A stretch of DNA of 20,000 nt from Paraglomus brasilianum (lineage: Eukaryota): the NCBI GenBank assembly GCA_910592345.1, contig CAJVPI010000045.1, positions 49,498-69,497 on the forward strand, given 5' to 3'. The stretch's first letter is position 1; each line of letters begins with the position of its first letter. Positions 11,535-20,000 of the stretch are shown here, piece after piece. The notes under the pieces are model-generated. The model was not told the origin of the DNA. It searched no databases and worked only from the letters and a program-made list of their open reading frames with translations. The position numbers and the translations under genes were made by a program.

Positions 11535-12240
11535 AAAGGGCTTTTTTATTACTTTCGCGGTCTGCCCAATCTCCAGAGAGAAGATAAATGGCTGGCCGTC
11601 CTCACGGGAGCAACAAGAGAAGAGAATTCTCAAACATATAATAATTTATTATAGCGTTGCTCCCGTCGCCGGGAAACGACCTTCGTGTCCGCCGGCGGTC
11701 ATGCGGGAACACGGTTTTGGAATAACGAATATTCCGGTAAGTACCATATAACTTGATACTAATTTTAAAGCTCAATCAATTTTAGTACCAGTCGTGCTTA
11801 ATATCGCGCATTTATTCACTCTGTAGACCAGTTGGTTCACGCTGAACGTGAACGAGAAAGCGAGGACGGGCGGTGGTGTTGCGTAAGTATTAAACTTGAT
11901 GATGGACTAGTACGAGCTATTATACGCGAATATTCAGTAACTAATACGCTATATTGTTCTAGATATCCCACACCACCGCATTTCCGTGCTTGAGCAATCA
12001 ATGCTCAAGATGCACGTACGTCCATCGCCGATGGTGGACGTCACCCCGAACGGTATCATAGCGATGCTATCGGAAATTTGTATGTATGGTTTCTAATAAT
12101 AATAATAATAATAATAACAATAATAATAATCATTGTCTTAATACGATCTATACCTATTCGCTAACATTATATCGATAAATAATTATTCGCACAGATATCC
12201 GATAGGATTGCCGGCTATTAATATTAAGAGGCAATCTGGG
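11535..12240 (+). pseudogene. Four-exon, CpG-rich gene fragment with stops, unknown product
   Basis: Canonical introns at about 11737-11826, 11883-11962 and 12080-12194 (GTAAGT/GTATGT donors, two with CTAAY branch points). No frame stays open through all exons. Confidence 0.5.
12094..12130. repeat. (AAT)n microsatellite in an intron
   Basis: About 12 TAA/AAT units with one interruption; a shorter run occurs at about 17525-17546 inside the pogo element. Confidence 0.9.
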
Positions 12241-12467
12241 GGCCGAGCGGTCAAACTCGCTTTTTTTTTTTTTTGACCCGCTCGGTTTTTTTTAAAAACA
12301 TTATCATATGTTTCCCCCTTCTTATCATCAGTCTCTTTTTTATTTTAAGTGTTATACATTTATCCCATTTTACGCTGACAGTAGGCGGGATAGATGTATA
12401 CCGTCCCGCTCCCCCCGCCTTTTATGGTGGGAGAAAATACATATTAATATTGTTTCAATTTTAATTA

Positions 12468-12677
12468 TGATAAATACGATGATACAATGATAAATACGAT
12501 GATACAATAATAAATTTATTATTATGATCGTATTTAAGCTGATAATAAGCTGCTGTTCAGAAGGGGCTTATGACAAGCTTCATTCTAGAGTGCTTCTTTT
12601 CCTGTCTATCTTTTGGGCCTTCGGATAAGAATATGATTTATTCATTATAATAAATACGATGATACAATAATAAATTT
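12468..12677. repeat. 20-bp tandem repeat with a dispersed copy and an inverted copy
   Basis: TGATAAATACGATGATACAA x2 (12468-12507); 28-bp exact match between 12490-12517 and 12650-12677; inverted degenerate copy at about 12516-12536. Confidence 0.9.
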
Positions 12678-13089
12678 CATTCATCAGACGTCATTGAACA
12701 TTAATTTCATTCCTCATCGAATGTAATCGATGCAATATACGACTGGGAATTAGATGCTGGTACGGGCAGAAGGAGGTGTTCAACTTTAGATAAGATTGTA
12801 CATGGATCATTCGCTCTTATTCTCCCTATTAGATATGACAGTCATATGCCTAATCTGTATCTGTAGAATGCTCGAGCATGCCAATGAAATTCTGAGCTGT
12901 GAACGGTCCAATCCGCATTTATTATAGACATCGCATGATCACGTGTTCTCGCTCGTGTCTTAGGTTATATTGTTCGAATAACAGTCCAAGCCGCAATCTG
13001 CATTTATTATCTACTCCCCGTTCTCTCTATAGCTCACGCATCATCAGCGCGAGTCGGTGATCATAAACACGGAGGGATGGGTGTGGAGA

Positions 13090-13720
13090 TATGGCAATGG
13101 AAATAGAAATACATCCAAGCCGAATACAATATTTTTCTGATATAGCTCGATCGTCCACCTTTTCAGTATCGCTTCATGTTCTGATGAGTGACACGGAAAA
13201 CTAGATGTCAAATATCTAGTCAAGGCGAAATTTTGTATGGCAGTTTACTATAGCGCCTATCAAGTGTTCAAAGTTCTTATCATGACTGAACGATCGGATG
13301 TGTACTTAACGCTTACATCCACGTACAAAATTGATCAGTCTTTATCTTTTTACTCGATTTTTCACCCTCCAGCACAATCGTCAATCTCCGCGACGTATCC
13401 GAAAATTCAAGCTTTATCAAAACATGAATTCCTCAATCGACCGGGACATACCCCAGGGACGTCCATCTCTTGAATACGAAATAAACTGCTGACGGATATA
13501 ATTGGTTATAGTTAGAGAAAAGTACATGAGTTTTTGCAAACGCTGGGAAACGGTTGATACGATCAACAAGGAAAATTTTAATACCTTCATGAGGAGAACA
13601 ACTGCGTAATGTCAATCTATAAATGGTGAAACGAACACAGCAATATCTGCAAACGTCTGCAAGAATCAAGGGAGACAGATAGATTGTTAACGGCGGTGGA
13701 GGGAGATGGACTTCCAGCAT
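13090..13720 (+). pseudogene. Decayed fragment of an unknown gene family (paralog of 9127-9420)
   Basis: HEFLNRPGHTP, YLHEENNCVMSIYKW*, REMDFQH. Preceded by a CpG-rich promoter-like tract with ATCACGTG at 12938-12945. The 5' boundary is approximate. Confidence 0.55.
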
Positions 13721-15010
13721 AGATGCACATGATCCAATTTGCGAATGGGATCCCTCTGAGATACATGCCCGAAAATTCTTCAACGTCTCTCGGATAAGTG
13801 TCGATTTCTTCATTGCTGCTAGTCCGACTGAACGTTGACCGTTTTGGATCACATTCTTGGCACCAAAACTGCCAGACCAATAACTGGAGAAAATGCGACC
13901 ACAACCAAAATTCATTGGAATCCGACTTGGGAATTCCTCAAGGTTTTAATTTCGTTTGCCAGTTCAGTATTAAACGTTCAAAGGCCTTCTTTTATTTGCT
14001 TCAAGCGCGCATTCCTTCAGTTAATTAAAAGAAAGGTTATCCTACAAGCTGAACTATAATGCATGACGCCAAGAATCGAAGAAAGTACCTCTTTCAAAAA
14101 TTTTCCATCAACATGGTCAGACGTTTTGGAAAAAGTTTGACGATGACGCGGAAAGCCCAATTATGGATGACATATTATTACTTTCACCATCAGTAAGTAA
14201 CAGCGGTGAGTCTGATGGTGGTTGTTGTCTCCGCTGACAGTGGTGAGTTTGATGGCGGTTACTCTTTGTCAACGTCTTTGACAATACGTTTGAACACATT
14301 CTCGTGCAAGTCCCTGTCAATTCACCGTCATTAAAATCAGCAGCAACGATTGTGTTTGGAGATATCCGTGCCAGTTTCTATTATATCCCTTTTCTTGTGA
14401 CTCACGTATATTCCGAATTTTCACTTGCTTTCAGTCACCGTCTATGCATCAAGCATTGTCGTCTGGTAGAAAATACGCCACAAGAACGACAAGGCACTCC
14501 GACACACGAACGCCAATTCACTTGTCGAATCAAGTCTTGATAGGCCAAACTTTGCTTCATAGGTTCCCATTCTTCCATATCCAAAAGTCGTTTAAATTCG
14601 GGATCCTCCATCCACTTTTATTTTGAAGCGTCGACTGTAGTCCAGGAAAATACCCGCATTATCATTCAGCTGCGATTCAGAGATATGTAAGTCAAGAGAA
14701 AAAAGAGAGAAGAAAAGAAGATGTGTTGCATGCATACTTCTTGCGACATGGTCTTGTTGGCGTCGCCTTGATTTGTTACATCAAGAACCTTGACTGATAC
14801 TTTCACAGCTTTTCTGCGACTAACAACTTTTTGACTGAAACCATTCAGCCGTATAAAGCTTGCCAAACTTGCCAGTTCTGATTTTCCACAAAGGGTTTCA
14901 AGACGTACGTTGAAGACTAGGTAGTAATATGTTGCTCCGTCCTTCGCATGATAGTCTTGTCAATTCCACTGGTCCAGCCTTCGCGCATTCATAGCACGCC
15001 AGAAGCGCGT
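13720..15010 (-). pseudogene. Degenerate multi-exon tyrosine-kinase-like (TKL) protein kinase, tandem-domain type
   Basis: GKFGKLYTAEW...KAVKVSVKVLD (subdomains I-II), followed by a second N-terminal module FWCQECDPKR..TSSNEEID../LIRETL..LRGIPF, which matches the WCxxC..WTSGNxxID..EWIP pattern of Glomeromycota kinases. Splice sites are retained; many stops. Confidence 0.7.
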
Positions 15011-15244
15011 CCTATTAGAAATAAACCAAGGTATATATATCCACTTCTTCTATCTATCGTGATACAATATCTATTCTCACATTCACCCTATCGACATACT
15101 TCTCTAATCCAACGCAACGGTGCTTGTCAGCATTATATGACAAAGTGGGGGAGAGAGTTCTTGTGGCATACTGGAGGTGGGAAGGGAATATTTGACGCGT
15201 GTGACGGGTTACATAGTATGCAAGCGTGGTGAAACGATTGAATT

Positions 15245-15570
15245 TCTTTCACACGGTCAACACTCTTGTTTTAATAATAAATGATACGAACGGAATTCTT
15301 GAAAAAAAAGTTATGTGGAAAGTTTATGAGAGAGAAGCTGTCATGTTCACAACGGGAATTCCTTCATATACATAATAGGACTATCGAACGGAAAGACACA
15401 TTAGAACGCGTCAACACATTGTGTTTCTCATGACAGTAATGAACGTTGGAATAGGAATCATAGGAGAAAAGTTATGAATCATTTATATATCATGTTCACA
15501 ACGAGATTCTTTCATACAAATATAGGCTTATTGAAACGAAAAGCCAATTTAGTGATCAATAATGTGTTTA
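15245..15570. repeat. Diverged tandem repeat of about 150 bp (just over two units)
   Basis: TCATGTTCACAACG at 15341 and 15490; GTCAACAC..TGT at about 15256 and 15410; AAAAGTTATG at about 15306 and 15467. Confidence 0.8.
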
Positions 15571-15769
15571 TTAGACATTAATTAAATAGTCATAGAAATA
15601 GAAGTTTGTATTGGTGTCGATTGGTCAGTATTACTGTTCAGTTATAATAGTAAGTTAGTGACATACATTATTCTTTCACTGTCAAATACTTCTTCATTCA
15701 AGACTGCTAGAGTATTTTTGGCGCGACAAGATACGGTTAAGACGAAAACTATATATTATAATACTGTAC

Positions 15770-16650
15770 TATCCGATAACGTAAATCGAGACTGGAAAGA
15801 TTATGCTGTAAATAAACAGATATTATCAGTACTGGCTAATTGATAACATTAATCAATATTAAGGAAAAAACTCGACTCACCACCAAACTATGGCCATGAG
15901 CCAATCTGGTCTGCCATTGTCTTTCTGGAGAAGCTGCTATGGCTGTATCTTGTATGTTACCGAAGTAAAATCAATAATCTGTTTCTGGATCCGTGGTATA
16001 TAACAATGTCGGTCGTAGAGTTGAAAGCCATGACCACTTTCATTTGCTCTTCTGTAATCTCCTTTCTGCCTGGACTGGCTGCAGCGATGGGTCGATTGAA
16101 TTCAATTCGGTAAACGGTTGGTATCCTTTGGAAATGTAATTCCCTAAACTGGTCAAATCAGATGACACCTTGCCTATAATAAAATCGGCGCCATCATCGG
16201 ACGGTCAAAACCCAGCCATTTCCGTTTTCAGTTGCCTTATCCTTGATGCCAAAGCGTACTTTATATTCTGGCCATTTAGTTATGTCTCCTGAATATGGAT
16301 CGGCTATTCCAGTAGCTGTCAGATTTGGCAGTATTATCAACTGCAGTCCAAATGCTTCCTGGAAATGTTACGTCTTGCGGTAGTTCCTCCGTGTCAAATT
16401 ATCTGTTATGACATCTCTAAAGGTGAACGTCTGCTGCTCCTCTGCACTGAAATAATTCTGAACCCAGAATCGGTCAGTAACGCGATATCGATCAAACTGC
16501 CGGGTGAGAGCCGTCTAGACAAAGCTCCCTAACATTGGCGCCCTCAAGGTGCAGACTGATTGGAGTCTGGCTGCAATTTCAGCATTTGAGGTGACCTCAG
16601 CAAACGATTTTTTATGTGTAAGATTGAAACCTGCGCGGGAGAGGGATACC
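15770..16650 (-). pseudogene. Fragment of a heme peroxidase (animal-type) + DOMON + cytochrome b561 multidomain gene
   Basis: Peroxidase C-terminal motifs GIPL, KSFAEVTSNAEIAARLQS, HLEGANV and LTRQFDRYRVTDRFWVQN. DOMON-like GNGW..DDGADFIIGKV, YRIEFNRP and VVMAFNS..YHG. b561-like RLAHG and IIFPVSIYVI after a GTGAGT intron. Many frameshifts and stops. Confidence 0.75.
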
Positions 16651-16935
16651 TGTCATCAATAATATCACCAAGAATGAATAGTTGAATAGGATAACAAGTA
16701 ATGCAATTACTGTGAAATTTATATAACTAACTTATGTTACCGAAAACTAACATTAACGTTAATAGACCTAAAAGTCTAAAATTGTTTAAAAAATCAATGC
16801 GCGTAATAAATTTATATTTATTCAAAAGCGCAAAAAACTTTAACCAAATATCTTGCTTTTTGTTGAAAACAAAAGTCTTTATTTGTCTGCGCCTTTAATA
16901 TTAATGAAGGAAATGAAATGGTGTTGTTGTTATTA

Positions 16936-18122
16936 TCAAAGCCTGCCTAACTTCTCATGCACAGCTTAAATGTGTAGAGTGTTTCTGTAATAGAGATAGT
17001 TTTGACCTGTGATATTAATATGACTTTATTTATTTTAACCCATGATAATACAGTATTTGGCAGTGTCAAAGAACTGGATTGTTGATATAAGATAATGGAC
17101 ACTATTAGATGTCTGGAGACAACTGGGTGAATTAACACTGGGAATTAAAATGGGTAATTCATGCCTGCAAAGTCATGTAATACAGGAAGTAAAATAAATA
17201 AGTATTAATAATTAGTCACCTGATTCTGTCATATACAGTCAACTGCCTTTAATTCGTTCCTCTTTAATTCGGATTTTAGATAATCCGGACGCTTGATGCC
17301 GGACTTGTTTTTTTTATATCAAATTCCTTCCTTTTATTCGTCCATAATTATAATTCGGTTTGGACAACTGTAAGTGATCAACTGTATAAATTAAGTATTG
17401 TAAAATCCAACTATTGCAGATCATTTTCCATATATGTAATAATTTCTCATGATTTCCATACTGGTAAAAAAAGTCCAAACCTTAACTGCCGCAAAAAAGC
17501 ACGATATAATTCAAGATGTTCTAAATAATAATAATAATAATAATAACGAAATCAAAACAAAAGATAATTCCGATAAAAATTTCGTTAAAAGAAGGCGAAG
17601 ATGCATTAAGACAGTCTTTATCGTTTCTTGAACAACAGGATAACGATAACATTAATATTCGTGTAGATGATTTATCAGTCGTTCGTCGACTAATTAGTCA
17701 AGTTTCATATCGTAAATTACAGTATCTTTTTCGATAAATATCCACATTGATATTCACAATAAAATTTGTGGCGGTTTTTTGTCACACCATGAATCCATCT
17801 ACGTTAATTCGGACGATGGCCTCGGAAAGTTGGTGTCCGAATTAAAGGTAGTTGACTGTACCTTGGGTTGTAATCGCCGAATAATTATCGTAATGCCACT
17901 AGAATACTCCTGACTTCACTATGACTGTATCACAAGGATTTTAGATCATGTACTGCAATGATTTGTTGGCGGCTGTGTTACTATAAACATAAACAAACTC
18001 GATAATCTATCTACCTGTTGATGAAACTCTTAATATAAACAAATAAGTCTTGCCTCATCTTCTCATCTTTTATCTGGACTTCCTACACTTCCTGCTTCCT
18101 CCATTCCTATTCTCCCAGACAT
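16936..18122 (-). pseudogene. Second degenerate intronless ORF (about 190 aa after removing the pogo insertion), directly downstream of the N-like ORF; unknown product
   Basis: ATG at 18122: MSGRIGMEEAGSVGSPDKR*EDEARLICLY*EFHQQVDRLSSLF../RQQIIAVHDLKSL*YSHSEVRSILVALR*LFGDYNPRYMTESGD*LILIYF...AVHEKLGRL*. The frame continues across the TA insertion site, and the stops can be explained as C-to-T changes. Confidence 0.45.
17236..17858 (+). mobile_element. Internally deleted pogo/Tigger-family DNA transposon (623 bp)
   Basis: TIRs CAGTCAACTGCCTTTAATTCG / rc CAGTCAACTACCTTTAATTCG with TA on both sides (17234-35, 17859-60). Subterminal TTTAATTCG repeats. Remnants of a CENP-B-like N-terminus (KKVQTLTAAKKHDII) and a Tigger-like C-terminal tail (EGEDALRQSLSFLEQQ). 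Confidence 0.9.
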
Positions 18123-18189
18123 TTCTATATCCTTTAAACATATCTTATATTAAATACATTATCTAACCTTATCAATAACAAAATATCAA

Positions 18190-19150
18190 CATCTATTCCT
18201 CCTCCCCCCTCCATTTATATTACCTCATAAATACCAGGCAATAGGCCAAGTTTCTTTATTGATTCAGTGTAGTCATTTATATGTACTTGCTGTCTAAAAG
18301 CAGCTTTAGCAGTTCTTCATAGTTGCCAATAAAGATCCACTACCCTTTTATCTTAATTATAATTAGCCAACACGTCATACTACTATAATATAAAAACTGT
18401 CAGAACTTTTCACACATAATAATATATACCCAATATGTAAGGGTCCGGTTCATTTCATCGACAATCATTTTACCGACAGTACGTTTCACCGACATAAATT
18501 TCATCGAAAACCAATAATAAGTGCGATAAACAATGTGTCACGTGAAATGACTGTCGGTGAAGTGTACTGTCGATGAAATGATTGTCGATGAAATAAATGC
18601 CTCCCATATGTAATCATCAGGAGTTAGCATGCACCAGTACCAGATCTCCAAGCAGATCTAAAGGAATTCTGTGTGGATTGGCAATTTTTCAGATGATGGA
18701 CCATTTAGCAATAGGTCCTTCTGACTCTTCCAGTGACTCTACATAATTAATAATAACGCTGATTTCATTTTTGAAAAGATGATGTTATTAAGGTAGAGAG
18801 GAGTGTCATTGTAAACACTGATAATGTCCTTAAAGTGAGTTTTCTCTGTTTTCCCAATGACAGATACACTTGTAATACCCAATATATTAATTAATGTTGA
18901 TGCTCTAATTATTAGATAACAGCATACCAACTGCAAATAACCACAAAGGACACCAGTGGGCCTGTACATCAAGCCAAATCTGTGGCATAGCCAAATCGCT
19001 GCCCAGATCTGGAGAACTGTCTGACTGTGATACCTCTCCCACAACAATGCCATCCCAAATGGTGCATGCTTCTGCAAGACCGACAGCTTTACTCTTTGTA
19101 ATTAATAGAATGGTAAGCAAATATGACTCAATATCAAGATCTCACAGACT
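18190..19150 (-). pseudogene. Degenerate intronless ORF resembling a Mononegavirales nucleoprotein (candidate endogenous viral element), 5'-truncated and interrupted by the MULE MITE
   Basis: Reconstruction: ESYLLTILLITKSKAVG...KTHFKDIISVYNDTPLYLNNIIF/KNEISVIINYVESLEESEGPIAKWSII*KIANPHRIPLD/LEIWYWCM...YDVLANYN*DKRVVDLYWQL*RTAKAAFRQQVHINDYTESIKKLGLLP. Motif order parallels paramyxovirus-type N proteins. The reading frame is restored across the MITE. Confidence 0.5.
18441..18605. mobile_element. MULE-like foldback MITE (165 bp) with 8-bp target-site duplication
   Basis: GGG...CCC termini. ATATGTAA directly repeated at 18433-18440 and 18606-18613. Arms are built from 15-16 bp tandem units (CATTTCATCGACAAT-like) mirrored in inverted orientation. 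Confidence 0.88.
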
Positions 19151-19224
19151 GAGGGAGGATGTTCTCGCGTATCCATAGAAGCTAGCGATGGAGTATCCAC
19201 CATTCATTATAGTAATAGAAGAAC

Positions 19225-19488
19225 GGAAACTTTTCAACATGGACCTCCGACTACGTCAAACGACTTATCACCATCGACAGTATCGACCGTATGATCACCT
19301 ATCGGAGCTACCGAAGCTTCAGAACCTATCACTATATCTATGATAAAGGATTTGTACAATATAAATGTTATTTAAATCCCATTACTATTACAGCCATGGA
19401 AGTGGATGAAGAAGAAATTGATGAGATTGTTGCCGAATTCCAAGCTAACGAGGGTGGCTTATGGCATATGTTGCCTAGTACTAATTAA
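19225..19488 (+). other. Intronless ORF 3' fragment of unknown origin abutting the candidate viral element
   Basis: FSTWTSDYVKRLITIDSIDRMITYRSYRSFRTYHYIYDKGFVQYKC...EGGLWHMLPSTN*. CpG-rich, unlike the adjoining 18000-19150 block. Confidence 0.35.
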
Positions 19489-20000
19489 TACTAATTACTG
19501 TTAATTTTCGTGTCATGCGATGTGACATAATATCACAACTTGAACAACCTATTATTATTACTATCTAGTTAGGTTGTCTTTTACATTTAGAATTTTTAAT
19601 TCAGAATTCACTATTATAATTACTATTGTAAATAGCCGATTTTGCTATTTACTACGGAATTATTTGATTGGTCAAAAATTCACTCCATGTATTTTGGATC
19701 GGGTGACGAGTTGGTGTAACTCATGTATTTGTATATCGAACGCCAACTGATCGTAAATAGTGATAATTCGCTCGTAGATGTCTGGGAGGGAAATTGAGTA
19801 CTAGAGTAATGAATTCGAATGGTGATATAAAATTCATTATATAAACGACCTTTCTTCCAGGCGAAAAAAATAAGTTGGCTGCTGAGGATAAAACCAAAGC
19901 GGAACCTTCCCTGGGGTGGTTTAATCTCTTGTAATAATAAAATATTAATATCCGTTATCAATTATTGGAAATGTTGTATTATTTTGTTCTCTACCGATAC

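Noticed and set aside
11535..11660. TBC/Rab-GAP domain (RGLPNLQREDKWLAVLTGA..YNNLL)
   Set aside because: The first motif is suggestive, but the diagnostic IxxDxxRT and GYxQGM motifs could not be found.
13433..13915. 160-aa minus-strand ORF as a real gene
   Set aside because: It runs across the junction of a frameshifted kinase relic and the antisense strand of a different pseudogene.
16947..18010. Alternative frame (WHYDNYSAI, LLPVLHDFAGMNYPF) as a totivirus or Polinton capsid
   Set aside because: Only short motif resemblances and no start codon. The frame beginning at ATG 18122 explains the region better, although the frame choice remains uncertain.

Overview
AT-rich, intron-rich eukaryotic DNA, most consistent with an early-diverging fungus such as Glomeromycota/Mucoromycota. 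This is an inference from the TKL-kinase/Sel1 relics, Tc1/pogo/MULE elements and CpG decay. Only one gene looks intact: an 8-exon centromere protein K (CENP-K) homolog (4910-6445, +, 301 aa) with an unusual N-terminal (S4-6)K(S/T)R repeat. The rest is largely decayed gene fragments (AP-3 beta adaptin, two TKL kinases, a heme peroxidase-DOMON-cytochrome b561 protein, several unidentified genes) and non-autonomous DNA transposons (deleted Tc1, pogo/Tigger MITE, deleted pogo, MULE-like foldback MITE). The most notable item is an intronless, CpG-depleted minus-strand block at about 16936-19150. Once two nested transposons are removed it reads as two tandem ORFs, and the first resembles a Mononegavirales nucleoprotein. 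It is a candidate endogenous negative-strand RNA virus element. All protein family calls come from manual translation and remembered motifs, not from database searches.
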